64,000 nucleotides of DNA from Octopus vulgaris (Eukaryota), in the NCBI GenBank assembly GCA_951406725.2, contig OX597840.1:3534001-3598000 (forward strand). The letters run 5' to 3'. The position numbers and the translations under genes are program-made. Of this stretch, positions 41,951 to 58,297 are shown piece by piece. Numbering within the stretch: the stretch's first letter is position 1; the number at the start of each line of letters is the position of its first letter. The notes beneath the pieces were generated by a model, which was given only the letters and a program-made list of their open reading frames with translations, was not told the origin of the DNA and searched no databases.

Positions 41951-42529
41951 CGTTAAGTTTATTATCATAGTTGTTTATACTATTCTTAATATTATTATCA
42001 ATATTATTAAGTGTCTCCATTATGCAACATGTTTTACTGATACCGTTCTTTGACAGCCATGTTGAACAGGTCCCGCTTAGAATTTTTTATTAATGCACTT
42101 CTGAAATGCATTCTACCATGTTAAGTGAGATACTGTATTCTATTGTGCATTCATAGCATTTCATTTTCTTCTTATTTATTTATATATTAAATTATTTCGG
42201 TTTTTGTTTTTCTGTGGGGTTTTTTTTCGCTCTCTATCTCTTTCGTAACATATTCACTCTTGCTCATCGTTCTATCTTTGTACAAGCGTCCATTTTGTTC
42301 GTATTTTGGGAAAGGGGTTTCGCTTGTATTTTTGCACATATTTTTTAAATATTTTTCTGTGATTTGTTGTTTCATTCCAGTTGTGGAATGCGTGTGCGTG
42401 TATCAGATACGTCACTAGTTTCGTGTCTGATATTACTGTTGCTGTTTTCGTTATTGATCCTATTCTTCTTCTTATTGTTAATGTTGTTGTTGATATTTAT
42501 TATTATTCTTATCATTATTATTATTATTA

Positions 42530-42585
<56 letters not shown>

Positions 42586-42762
42586 ATTATTATTATTACT
42601 ATCATTATTATTATTATCATTATGACGACGAACGTTTTCTATGAATGATGTTCCATTGATCCGTTGTGTCTATATACAGGTGTATATTACTATATACGCA
42701 TATACGTGCGCATCTATATACACATGTATATCTATATATGTATATACAGATATTACATTTTG

Positions 42763-42855
<93 letters not shown>

Positions 42856-42869
42856 ATATATATATATAT

Positions 42870-43196
42870 AAAGCACCACTCGAGCGTGATCGTTACCAGC
42901 GTCGCCTTACTTATGCTGGTGGCTCGTGAAAAAACTTTCGAGCGAGGTCATTGCAAGTGGCACTTAAAAACACCATTATGCCAGTACCGCCTGACTGGCT
43001 CTCGTACCGGTGGCACGTAAAAGCGCCCACTACTCTCTCGGAGTGGTTGACGTTAGGAAGAAGATCCAGCTGTAGAAACTCTGCCAGATTAGATTGGAGA
43101 CTGGTGCACCCGTCTGGTCCGCCAGTCCTTAGTCAAATCGTCCAACCCATCCTAGCATGGAAAGCGGACGTTAAACGATGATGATGATGATGATGA
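42870..43196 (+). mobile_element. SINE-like family C
   Basis: GGTGGCACGTAAAAGCGCCCACTACTCTCTCGGAGTGGTTG..GGAAAGCGGACGTTAAAC(GAT)n. Confidence 0.85.
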
Positions 43197-43207
43197 TATA
43201 TACATAC

Positions 43208-44100
<893 letters not shown>

Positions 44101-44106
44101 TCATTT

Positions 44107-44300
<194 letters not shown>

Positions 44301-44492
44301 TAAATTCAAATTACGATGAACTTAAACAAACAAACGAAAGATTGTTTTAGCGTTGAGATGTCTTAGAAGTTAAAGAAGTGATATAAAATTCTCAAACGCA
44401 GGATAATGCTAATAATATATCCTGAACAGAATAGGCTACCCCTATTTTGCAGAAAATAGTGTTGGCGGCCCGCTATATTATTATTATTATTA

Positions 44493-44629
<137 letters not shown>

Positions 44630-44637
44630 TTTATTAC

Positions 44638-44682
<45 letters not shown>

Positions 44683-44693
44683 TATTATTATTA

Positions 44694-44728
<35 letters not shown>

Positions 44729-44853
44729 AGACTACTACTACTACTACTGTTACTACTACTGCTATTATTATTGGCCGCAAACATCATTATTGCCGTAATT
44801 CTCAACGGCACCATTATGATTCTGTCATCACCATCATCATCACCAATTTCATT

Positions 44854-44885
<32 letters not shown>

Positions 44886-45091
44886 AGTCGTCGTCGTCTT
44901 CGTCGTCGTCGTCATCATCATCAACACGACCCTTATGCCTTACCATCGTCGTCAACCTCACCGAGACCAACTTCACCGTCACCACCGCCAACACCACCAC
45001 TGTCATCACCACTTCCACGCACTTCACGCCTATCTGTCTTTATACAGGATATTGCAAGGAGAATAAACACTGACTCATCAATAATCCAAAC

Positions 45092-45126
<35 letters not shown>

Positions 45127-45177
45127 TATAATAATAATGATAATAATAATAATAATAATAGTAATAAAAATAATAAC

Positions 45178-45244
<67 letters not shown>

Positions 45245-45261
45245 GTAATAAAAATAATAAC

Positions 45262-45322
<61 letters not shown>

Positions 45323-45654
45323 GTAATAATAATAACCGTCAGATATTTTTACGAATAATTTTCATCTGACATATATATATATATGAATATATATATGTAT
45401 ATATATACATATATATATATTTATACATATATATATATACATATATATATGAATGTATATATGTACATATATATACAAACATATATATGTATGTATATAT
45501 ATACATATATATACACATATATATGTATATACGTATGCTACATATATATATATATATATATATATGTTCAAGTGTACACATACATATAAATAGATATATA
45601 TATATATATGTATGTCTATATATATATATATATAATATATATACATATATATAA

Positions 45655-45753
<99 letters not shown>

Positions 45754-45773
45754 TATATTTATATATATATATT

Positions 45774-45811
<38 letters not shown>

Positions 45812-45825
45812 TATATACTTATATA

Positions 45826-45876
<51 letters not shown>

Positions 45877-46449
45877 GAGTTGTGTTTGTGTGCGTGTAAG
45901 CTTACGCGGTGTGAACAGGCGTATGTGCCTGTTATATCATTACATAACTTCCACGTCTATCTGAATTTATTTATGTGCTTAACGTACCGAATGTTATAGT
46001 TGTCTACACATACATACATATACATATAATACACACACACATATATATATATATGAGGGTTGCGCATGCGTGGGTGTTCGTGTTTGCATGGTAGTGCACT
46101 GATGTCTGTATAAGTGACAATATATTTTCACCATTAAGCTCATTATATCTCCCTTTTTGCTTTTTCTTAACTGCTGTATTCTTCTATGGTTTCGTAAACG
46201 ATATATTTAAGATACTCCATTATGGATTCCTGTCTGACAAAACTATACTGACGACGCGTACTTGCTTGGCGTAAGACAATAGCAGTGACGTGGGAACATA
46301 TGAAGTGACGACGACTATGATGATGATGATGATGATGAGGAGGAGGAGGAGGGAGAGAATTGTGTAAATATATGATAATGGTTGTTAAAATTGGTAAGCA
46401 ATATAAATTTAAACACACATACACACGCATTTATATATTTCAATATGTG

Positions 46450-46651
46450 ACCGCGCGTGTATCGTTGGCGATTTTTTTCTCTCCGTCTTCCCTTCTTTGG
46501 ATCTTTCCTTTTCCTATGTTTCCGACGAAGAGCTCCGCTCGAAACGTTAAATCCTCCTTCTTTCCTTCCTTCCTGAACGTTCAATAACACTATACTTGTT
46601 CCACATCTTCGCGTTGTTGTTTTTTCTTTATGTTTTCATGTTTGGATTAAC
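46450..46651 (+). mobile_element. Family F element carrying a minimal hammerhead-like motif, ending in (TA)n
   Basis: Homologous pieces at 25035-25130 and 20718-20774. Confidence 0.75.
46518..46552 (+). ncRNA. Minimal PLE-type (dimer-forming) hammerhead-like motif with CCGACGA core
   Basis: GTTT-CCGACGA-A-GAGC-TCC-GCTC-GAA-ACGT-T-AAAT: perfect stem II, palindromic ACGT stem III, 4-bp stem I with one G.U pair. Confidence 0.7.
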
Positions 46652-46652
46652 T

Positions 46653-46692
<40 letters not shown>

Positions 46693-46916
46693 TAAATAGA
46701 ACAGGAAGATACACGTGGACGTGGTATAGAAAAGTCGCTGAAACGGTGAAATATGTATGACTGAGATATCCACACAGTGGACATAAGATAAATTAAGAAC
46801 ACAGTAATGAACGAGTGAAGAACTAATATATAGTGCGTGTGTTTCTTTGGCAAGAGAAAAAATGGCCATCCCGAAACATGACAATATATACGTGTGTGTG
46901 TGTGTATATATACATA

Positions 46917-46975
<59 letters not shown>

Positions 46976-47138
46976 GTAAATATATATATATATATATAGT
47001 TATCTTTAGTAGTTCATATATCCGAGACACAGAAGCACTCTCTATACCATAAGAGAAGTAATGTGCCTCCTTTGTTTACAAAACCAACTGAACGTTACAT
47101 ATTTCTTCCTCCATTCTCTAGAGAGGTTATGCTCCTTC

Positions 47139-47196
47139 AGTCATTTGAGTCGCCTATTCTACTGAGCATTTTATAGGCGCGAAACCAATGGTCACT
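47139..47196 (+). ncRNA. Degenerate hammerhead-like motif
   Basis: AGT-[CATTTGA]-GT-CGCCTAT..ATAGGCG-C-GAA-ACCA-A-TGGT-C-ACT; stems and GUC site intact, CUGANGA slot has 3 mismatches. Confidence 0.45.
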
Positions 47197-47749
47197 CTAT
47201 GACCGGCCATAACTTTTCACTTCCTTAAATATATATATAAGTATGTATAAAATGTAATAAAACATTGACTCATTTGTATCTTCGTAGAATGAAATTAACT
47301 CGTGAAGTATCTACAGAAAAAGTGACAGGACATGAGACAAAATCAAGACGTCTATTAGACATTAGGCCTCTGTTGGACACCTCAGATAGAATAGTTTGAT
47401 TGCTCTGGAAGCGATATTAGTTATTTTCTTTGTTCTTTGGTTTCGCATTGACGTAAAGGATGTACGTAGGTATTCATCGCTGCTATGTCTGCAAGCTGCG
47501 AGATTGTTTATTAAAGGACACCAGTTTGTTGCATTTGCTGCTACACATAATCAGAGCGGAATGTTTTCGCAGGTTGGCGGAGAATTAACGCAATAGCGTC
47601 AACAACTTTCCTGTGAGAGGAACCAGTTGGTGATGTTTTAAGGTTCGGTGATGCTAGATTAGATTGTCAGCATAGATAGAGCTGAAGTCTACATGGGTGG
47701 TAGAAGTGAAGTACTGGGGTCTTGTGTATGGAGACGTGTCGTTTATGAT

Positions 47750-49020
47750 GTTGTATCTAGATTGTCAGCTGCTAGTAGCTCCCAATTCATTAACAGGGCG
47801 TATCTTAGGTGACATCTTAAGATAATTCAAACTACAGGTTGTGGAGTTTTAATATAGAGTTGGCAATGCCATCTCTACATGAATATGTGGGACCTTGTGA
47901 ATGATACTATATTTGATATTGAGGAAGGTGTTCCGATGGAGTCTGCAGATGAAACAGGACAAGGAGTGGTGTTTCCTTTACCCCTGCACCTGAAGAAATG
48001 CATTTTCTGTGTATATCTTCCCTTCAAGTCATTGGCTGACATGCCTGTGGATCCACAGAGCACAGCCGTTGAGAAGCAAGACTTTTCTAGTGTGCTGTCG
48101 GTAGGATTCGGGGAGTTACAAGTTGGGATGGGTATTGGAGGCTGTTAAGTTGTGTGTTTGCGTCTTTTGTAGCATGCGATGTTACAAGATGAGTTGTCTA
48201 AGCAGGAGTAACATACCTTGACGTTGTGGGAGTCGAAAAGTTTATGATAATTATGCGTTTTTTTACCCAGAACGAATCATCGGGAACCAAGACTGATTTT
48301 CTATCGTTCATGATAATTCTGATATCGAGGTCACTGATATTGGCGAATTGCCAAGCAAACTATAGAGCCATTAGGAAGAGGGTTTCGATATTGAAGGAAA
48401 GGAGTCCACATTATCAATCTAGGTAAATATTAGGGCTATTTATTCTCGATGCCGCAGAACAGGTCAATTACTACAGTCCTGCAATTCAGCTGGGTCAAAC
48501 CCATGGTCAGTCTAATATCTGAGTTTGATAATATCGAAAACACGCTTATATGCTATATCTATTTCGCACTTAGAGGGGTTAAACACCCTGCAATCAAAAT
48601 TAAATATGAGTGGGTTTATCATCCTTAGACAGGATATATCGGGCGTGGGGAAGCATGACATAGAAATTCATACGATCCTCAATATTTAGAAAGTCGGGCA
48701 GCTCTTTCGCTTCAATGTTTGTTATATGTAGAGAGGTTCCTTTCTTTGTATGTTTGGATGATTTAGCTTGAATATGTCTTGTGAGCGTGGAAATGTTCGT
48801 CTCATATAATTATTTTTGTTTTATCGATGAAATTATGTATATTTTGTAATTGTTTTATTTTTTGCAGGTAGTGTTTAAAGAGATAAGAAACAGATTAGGA
48901 GAATATCGAAATTTTATCTTCTTTATCATAAGGTCAGCTTCAAAGTCCTCGATGACCTTTAGCCAAGAAGGGCATTTGCGGGGTTTAAAAAGCAGAATTT
49001 CCTTGCGAGATATTGTGGAC
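47750..49020 (-). pseudogene. Decayed, internally deleted Penelope-like retroelement (N-terminus, RT start, GIY-YIG endonuclease)
   Basis: [28 protein letters not shown]; CRVFNPSKCEIDIAYKRVFD; FAWQFANISDLDIRIIMNDRKSVLVPDDSFWVKK; then GMSANDLKGRYTQKMHFFRCRGK (endonuclease). Confidence 0.85.
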
Positions 49021-49032
49021 GGATTATACATA

Positions 49033-49099
<67 letters not shown>

Positions 49100-49429
49100 C
49101 GAGAAACTGACAGACAGGGACAGAAAAAGAGATAGAGATAGAGAGGTGTCTATGTATATATTTAAATACATATATGCATGCAAATATTCATACATTGTTG
49201 TGTACATATGTATGTCTGTGTATACATATGTACGAGTATATAAATATTATATATGTATGTGTGTGTGTTTATACATTAATATATATATATATATGTATGT
49301 ATGTATGAATATATATACATATACACATCTACAGACATACATAAATATATGTGTATATATATATATATATATTTACGTACAACATACATATATGTATATA
49401 TATATGTATGTGTATGTATATATATATGT

Positions 49430-49498
<69 letters not shown>

Positions 49499-49609
49499 GA
49501 GTGGGTGTTTTGATAGTGTATATTCAATACAACGCTATCAACAATGGAGCAATAGTTGTTTTTGCTTCTATTCCTCAAATATTTTATATGAATTTTATTG
49601 CATACACAA

Positions 49610-49677
<68 letters not shown>

Positions 49678-50035
49678 AACACTATATATATGTATACATT
49701 CTAGTACCATAATGGAAATAAAATTTTATATATAAACTTACATCAAAATGAATTTATACGTATGACGTAACATAAACTCAGAAATAATACACAAAACGAT
49801 AACATTGCGTTTTCTTCTCCGCTTTATGGGTCACGTGATATGTCGTCTGCTCTTTACAGTTAGTCACGAAAATGGAGTAATGGAGTAAGTGTTATCGCAG
49901 TGCTTACTGTGTCTACCTACGTATCACGGTCGCAACGTCTCTCTCTCCCCTTTCTGCGAATTTTCTATCAACGCAGGTATTGTAATTATATGTAGGCATA
50001 TATACACATATATATACATGTATACATAAATACAT

Positions 50036-50092
<57 letters not shown>

Positions 50093-50136
50093 TATATAGA
50101 TATATAACATATACATAGATATAGTATATATGTATA

Positions 50137-50173
<37 letters not shown>

Positions 50174-50220
50174 GTATGTATATAAATATAAATATATATA
50201 TATGTATATATATATGTATA

Positions 50221-50289
<69 letters not shown>

Positions 50290-51034
50290 GCATACATACA
50301 TATATGTAGATATATAGGCATACATATAGATATATATATATACACACACAAATACATTTATACACATAGATATATTTCATACGCATATACATTATTTGTA
50401 TATATACTTATATATATATATACATATATACATATACATATAGTTATGTATATCTATACACACATACTGACATATATATATATATATTCTTCAATTAATT
50501 TTTTGATGTATTCCCTTATTCATTCTCTCTGCTTTTCTAACTTCCTCACCCCTCTCCCTCCCTACCTCCCACTCTCGCTTTGTCACTCCTTTCCGCTCTC
50601 TCTCTATCTCTCTCTCTCTCTCTTTCTCTGTCTCGCTTATTGTCTGTTTCTATCTCACTGTCGCTCACGTTGTTTCTCTCTTGCTTAACTTCTGTTTCGT
50701 TAATTTTCTCCTTTTCATTTCAATGCATATCCTTCACATTCGCGGCCAACCTCCATTTTGTGTACTGAACAAAAACATACAGCTCACATACACACAAATG
50801 CACACTTGTAAACACACACACACACACAGAATCACAAACACAGAGGCGCACACGCATATTTTAACACTATATAGTATCCGTAGGCGTGCGTATGTGTGTG
50901 TGTGTAGGCAATAATCTTGTCTATATTTGCATGTATGTTACTAGATATATCTGCGAGAGAGGTGTGAGATTTATATGCGTGTGTAAGACAAAGAGATAAA
51001 ATGTGTGAAATCTATGTATCCACTCATATCCATC

Positions 51035-51124
<90 letters not shown>

Positions 51125-51242
51125 CATATATACATATGTGAGTGTGCATATATAGATAATGAAATCGAGAAATATTTGAACATGTATACACACAAACACA
51201 TTCTTATATACATATGTGTATAAACACATACTTGAATATATG

Positions 51243-51308
<66 letters not shown>

Positions 51309-51516
51309 TATGTGTATGTGTGTATATATATATAAGTGCACGTTTCTATTTTTATAGATATATACGTAGCTTAAGTACATATACATAAAAGATATATATG
51401 CGTGTGTGTGTGTGTGTATGTGTGTATGTGTGCATGTATATATATATGTTTGTATATACATATTTACATATATATATCAATATGTATATATGTGGATATA
51501 CATATTTATATATCTG

Positions 51517-51551
<35 letters not shown>

Positions 51552-51654
51552 GTAGATATATAAATATATATGTATATATACATATCTATATATATATACA
51601 TATCTATATATATCTATATATGTGTTTATATATAAATGTAGATATAGATATAGG

Positions 51655-51716
<62 letters not shown>

Positions 51717-51979
51717 TTTGCATGCATATACATATATTTGTGTCTTGTATGTATGCGTGTGTGGGTGTAATTTTTGAAATATCTATCAAAAGAAAGATGG
51801 CGATGGTTGCTCAGACAGAAAGGTGGGGGGGAGTGGCTCAAAGATGAAAGGGTACATTATATAAAGAAAGGAAGAAAGGAAGTGAGATTTTAATAGGAAC
51901 TGTTAAAGGTCAACTGATAAAATATAGCGGAACTGGAGACGTAAACAGTATTCGATTGCATGGCTACGTCATATACTCG

Positions 51980-52010
51980 CATACACACACAAACACACAT
52001 ACAGGCAGCA

Positions 52011-52045
<35 letters not shown>

Positions 52046-52740
52046 GCACACAGACAGGTAACAGGAGCACACACACACAGTCACTCACACACAAGCACAC
52101 AGACAGGTAACAAGAACACACACACACGCGAATAGAAACACACACTCGCATATACAAACGCGCACACACACTCACACACACTCACACACAAGCACACACA
52201 CAGAAACACACGTACGAGCAACGAGCACACACACTCACACACACACACACGAATAGAAACACACACACGCATACACACGCGCGCACACACACTTACACAC
52301 ACTCACACAGAAACACACACACAAAAAAACACATATACAGGCAACAGGCACACACACACACAAACACTCGCGTACACACACGCGCATATTCGCTCACGCA
52401 AACACACACACACCCACACACAAACACACACACACACAATTACACATACAGGTACACACACACAGAGACGCACTAACACACAAAGGCAACAGGAATACAC
52501 ACACACACACCAATAGAAACACACACTCGCATACACACACGCTCACACACACTCGCACACTAATAGAAACACACACACACTCACACACTAATAGAAACAC
52601 ACACACACTCACACACAAACACACACACACAAACTCACATACAGGCACACACACACACACACACAAACACACATACAGGCACACACACACACACTCACTA
52701 ACACATAAAGGCAACAGGAACACACACACACACCTATGCA
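51980..52740. repeat. Degenerate CA-rich minisatellite with recurring AATAGAAACAC and GGCAACAGG motifs
   Basis: Directly visible. Confidence 0.85.
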
Positions 52741-52761
52741 CAGATTTACACGCTTAGGTAC

Positions 52762-52809
<48 letters not shown>

Positions 52810-53069
52810 GGAGAAACGCACGAGATCTCACGCAGGTATACATAGAATATGAAACCAAATTATATGCAGACACACACACACACACATACTTACAAACATA
52901 TATATTATATATGGATATATGTATATATATATATATGTGTGTGTGTGTATATATACATATATATGTATATATATATATACAAATATGTATATATAAATAT
53001 CTATTTATACATATATATGTACATGTATATAAGTATATATTTGTATGTATATAATTATGAATATACATC

Positions 53070-53114
<45 letters not shown>

Positions 53115-53414
53115 ACACACACACACACATATATAGATATATATTTATGTATGTATTTACATAAACGTTCGTGTTTCGCTGTGTGAGTACATATATGTTT
53201 TTGTGTGTGTGTGTGTGTGTGTATATATATGTGTGTGTGTGTGTATATATATGTGTGTGTGTGTGTGTACATATATGTATTCCAGGGTAAATATGTAAAT
53301 ATACAGAAACTATGAACGTTTTCATCATGCGTGTGTAACGAGTTTCCGCATGCATTCAGCAACATTTATACACACACATACTAACATACATATATACATA
53401 CATACATACATACA

Positions 53415-53448
<34 letters not shown>

Positions 53449-53720
53449 CATACATACATACATACATACATACATACACATTCATACATAATTATAAATA
53501 GACTCAAACACATATATTTATACAGACTTGGTGTGTAAAGCAATATACATGCATACGCATGCCTGTTTATATATGTGTATGTGTGTTTGTGTGTGTGTAT
53601 GCATATATCCACATATTGCTATACACATTAATGCGTGCATGTATATGTATATATGTAGATATGCTAATACCCATATAGGTATACGTGTGTGCTTTCGAAT
53701 TCGTGTAGGCGTGCATGCCT

Positions 53721-53805
<85 letters not shown>

Positions 53806-53837
53806 GTATGTATATATATATATATACATATATATTA

Positions 53838-53878
<41 letters not shown>

Positions 53879-54059
53879 AATGTGTACGTATATATATATG
53901 TAAATGTATCCAGATTTGGTGAATTCTTCCCTTTGATATTTCCCTACCAAAGTCTGTTGACGTGGTTGATGCGTACGTCAAGATTGGCAGGAAGAAACTG
54001 GCGGTCGTGGTTATGGTGGTAGCGATGGCGCCGGTTGCGGCGGCAGCGGTGGCGACGGT

Positions 54060-54560
54060 CTGGGGGGTGTTGGTGGTGGTGGTGGTGGGGAATGATGTTC
54101 GGTGTGGTAGTGGTGATAGTGGTCGTGGTGGTCTGGTGGTCATGGTGGTAGTGGTGATAGTGGTGATGGTGGTTGTGATAGTGGTGTTGTTGTTGGTGGT
54201 GGTGGTGATGGTCGTGGTGGTGGTGCTGGTTATGGTGATGGTGGTTGTGGCCTTTGTGGTTGTAGTGATGGTGGTGGTGTTAGCATTGGTGGTGGTTCTA
54301 GTGATAGTGGTATTGTTGGTGATGGTGGTTGTAGTGATGGTGGTGATAGTGGTGGTGGTGGTGGTGGTGATTGTGATGGTGGTGATAGTGGTGGTGGTGG
54401 TGATTGTGGTGGTGGTGGTGGTGGTGGTGGTGGTGGTGGTGGTGGTGGTGGTGGTGGTGGTGGTGGTGGTGGTGGTGGTTGGGGTGGTGGTGTTGTGGCG
54501 TGATGGTAATGGTGATAGTGGTTCTGATGGTAGAGATAATGATAATGGTGGTGGTGATTG
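54060..54560. repeat. (GGT)n degenerate tract
   Basis: Directly visible; the poly-V ORF is an artefact. Confidence 0.9.
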
Positions 54561-54857
54561 TGTTGGAGATCGTTTTGGAGCAAGTTTAATCAGTCGGACG
54601 ATATGGTATCTGTCATCTTTGCTTATCGATCAGAAATTCAATGCGAAAACTGAAATTCTCATGTTACAAAAACCCGAGGGTACAAAGCGTCTTCTAACAA
54701 ATAAGTCATCTTGAAATCGGCGACGCCAAAGAGGCAGGGCGCCAAAAAAGCTGCGCCATAACGTATCGTACTCGATGGAAACATTTATGGAAATCTGAGT
54801 ACGTTTGTGTAGCATTAATTCCAAATTTGTCGAGCAGACAGACAGAGAAATTATATA

Positions 54858-55000
54858 GGTTTCAAAGTTTGGTACAAGGCCAGCAATCTTTGGAGATGGA
54901 GTAAGTTGATTAGATAGATCCCAGTGATTTTATCGACTCCGGCGGAATTTGAACTCAGAACGTAAAAGCAGACGAATTATTGTTAAGCATTTTGGCAGGC
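54858..55000 (-). mobile_element. Degenerate SINE A, old subfamily
   Basis: GGTTTCAAAGTTTGGTACAAGGCCAGCAA..GGCGGAATTTGAACTCAGAACGT. Confidence 0.75.
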
Positions 55001-55516
55001 GCATGTGTGAATGCATGTATGTGTGTGTGCCTGTGTATTGATGCGTTTATATATCTGGATCTGCATGTATGAGTTCGTTTGTGTATGCATGCATGTATAT
55101 TTGTATGTATAGAGTTACATGTATATGCGTGTGTGTTTTTCCGTGTGGAAGTGTGCGTGTGTGTTTTTCCGTGTGGAAGTGTGTGTGTGCGTAAATGTGT
55201 GTATATGATGATGTGTGTATATGTCTGTATGTAGATGCCCATACACGTGTATATGTTTGAGCCTGTATGTTCATGCATGCTTGGAATGTATGTGTATGTG
55301 TGTACGCTTGTAATTTATATAAGTGTGTGTATGTGTTGTGTGATGTTGTTTGCATATTCGTGTGTAATTTCAAGTCTGTGTGTTTGTGTATACCTATATA
55401 TATATGTGTGTGTGTGTGTGTGGGTAAGTGTATGAGCAGATGTATGTGTGTGCGTGATTGTCATGAGGGATCATCAGAATTATTTTGTTGAGAATTTCCA
55501 ATTTTTTATGAGACAC

Positions 55517-55547
<31 letters not shown>

Positions 55548-55871
55548 GGAAAGAAAGAGAAAAAGAAGTAAAGAAAGAAAAAAAGGAAGGAAGTAAGAAG
55601 TGGGGGGCAAGAATAGAAAAATGAAGAAAAACACACAAAGAACAATGAAAAAGAAATGGCAAGATGACATGTCAGCGGAGCAAGAAGGATAAGCAGATGT
55701 TTTACAGGAATGAAAGAGTGAAATCAAATAAGAAATAAAAATGGCGGAAGAGAAGAAAGAATTTGAACAAGATTCTTACACGCGCGCGCGCATATACAGC
55801 CGTACGTATGTATGCACGTATATATATATACATAGATAGATACATATATACATATAGGTAACATATAGGTG

Positions 55872-55909
<38 letters not shown>

Positions 55910-56057
55910 GTATATGTGTGTGTGTATATATATGTTTTATGTAGTACATATATATATAAATATATATGTATATATATATATATATATATATACATCTACA
56001 TAGCATATATATATATATGTATATATATGTATGCATATTTGTATATAACACTATATT

Positions 56058-56099
<42 letters not shown>

Positions 56100-56323
56100 C
56101 ACACACACATATACACACATGCATGCATATATACATACATATCTATCTATCTATCTATACACAAATATATATATATATGCATGCTTGTGCGTATGTTTAT
56201 TTGTGTGTATGTATGCATATGTATGTATATATAAATTATATATATATGTGTGTGTGTGTGTATGTATATATATGTGTGTATGCATATATATGTATGTATA
56301 TATATATGTGTATATATATATAC

Positions 56324-56409
<86 letters not shown>

Positions 56410-56796
56410 TGTATGTATGTACATATATATACACCGTAAAAGGCGAGAGACTTATACCCTCGGGATGAGAAGTAACCTATATATATAAAACAGAGCGAGA
56501 ATCTGGGGATTTACTTCTAGAAAAAAAAAATCTCTAACGAATTACAACGCAAACTGTCACAGATCTTTCGCAGATCTTTGCAATTCACATAACATAAGTT
56601 TAACCCTCAAATATGTAAAAAATTGGTACTGAGAGGGAGGGGATGGAAGCGTAAATATAACAAAAGACATGGCCTAATCCACCATACCCCTAAAAATAGT
56701 AGGTAAATTAGTCGCAGGTGTGAAGACAGCACAGATAGGAAGATAGCGAAAATAGGGGAATCTTTAGGATTCCATTTTAATTGGTATCGTTACTTA

Positions 56797-56861
<65 letters not shown>

Positions 56862-56865
<4 letters not shown>

Positions 56866-56900
56866 GTATCTTTCTTTCTTTTGTTATCTTACCGTTTTAT

Positions 56901-56903
<3 letters not shown>
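56862..56903 (+). mobile_element. 3'-terminal 42 bp of family G inside (TA)n
   Basis: Near identical to 32335-32377. Confidence 0.75.
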
Positions 56904-56956
<53 letters not shown>

Positions 56957-57012
56957 GTATATATATATATGTATATATATATATATTTACAGATACATGC
57001 ATACAAACACAC

Positions 57013-57104
<92 letters not shown>

Positions 57105-57411
57105 CATATTATTTGCCGTCTATCTGGCGATAGAGGGGAAGTAATGAAAAGAGAATGGGAAAGATTTCTGTACGGATAACAGCACCATTTTATATTTTGA
57201 GTTATTTTTTACACTGCCGGTTTTTAGGTATGTACATTCGTATATACGGGTACATGCATATATCACTGAGTATGCTTGTTTGTTGCTGTGTGCGGGTGTT
57301 CGTGCGTATGATTGTGTATAACAGATAACTAAATTAGGACAGAGGGTGAATAGTTTTTGCAAGTAGATGGATAGACCGACACACGAATAGACAGGCACGT
57401 ACACACACATA

Positions 57412-58068
57412 GGCGCAGGAGTGGCTGTGTGGTAAGTAGCTTGCTTACCAGCCACATGGTTCCGGGTTCAGTCCCACTGCATGGCATCTTGGGCAAGTGT
57501 CTTCTGCTATAGTCCCGGGCCGACCAATGCCTTGTGAGTGGATTTGGTTGACGGAAACTGAAAGAAGCCTGTCGTATATATGTATATATATATATAAGTG
57601 TGTGTGTATATGTTTGTGTGTCTGGCGAGCTGGCAGAAACGTTAGCACACCGGGCGAAATGCTTAGCGGTATTGCGTCTGTCGTTGCGTTCTGAGTTCAA
57701 ATTCCGCCGAAGTCGACTTTGCTTTTCATCCTTTCGGGGTCGATAAATTAAGTACCAGTTACGCACTGGGGTCGATGTAATCGACTTAATCCCTTTGTCT
57801 GTCCTTGTTTGTCCCCTCTATGTTTAGCCCCTTGTGGGCAATAAAGAAACAGTTTGTGTGTCTGTGTTTGTCCTCCTAGCATTGCTTGACAACCGATGCT
57901 GGTGTGTTTACGTCCGCGTCACTTAGCGGTTCGGCAAAAAGAGACCGATAGAATAAGTACTGGGCTTACAAAAGAATAAGTCCTGGGGTCGATTTGCTCG
58001 ACTAAAGGCGGTGCTCCAGCATGGCCGCAGTCAAATGACTGAAACAAGTAAAAGAGAGTAAAGAGAGT
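57412..58068 (+). mobile_element. Full-length SINE B (tRNA-like head, CORE-like CCTTGGGCAAGT segment) with a nested SINE A
   Basis: A box TGGCTGTGTGG, B box GGTTCAGTCCC; tail AAGTAAAAGAGAGTAAAGAGAG. Confidence 0.9.
57624..57851 (+). mobile_element. Young SINE A nested in SINE B
   Basis: TSD GTTTGTGTGTCT(G) starting at 57612 and 57852. Confidence 0.92.
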
Positions 58069-58297
58069 ATACACACACACAGATAGATAGAGATAGAGAC
58101 TGAATGATCGATTAATTGATTGATTGATAGATTAACAGACAGGTATGCAGAGTGATGGATAGATGGATAGAAAAATCGACAGACTGTCAGACAATCAGGT
58201 AGGTAGATAGACAAATCTCTTATTTTTTGGTCTCCTGTGCCTATAAATACATGTATATATACACGTAGAGGTAGGTACGTACATATATGTATGTATA

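Noticed and set aside
49825-49910. E-box plus TGTCGTCTGC and a small hairpin as a possible promoter
   Set aside because: No adjacent gene or other support, and the motifs are too short
56430-56800. Unique-looking segment between (TA)n tracts as another targeted element
   Set aside because: No second copy, ORF or structural motif found in this window
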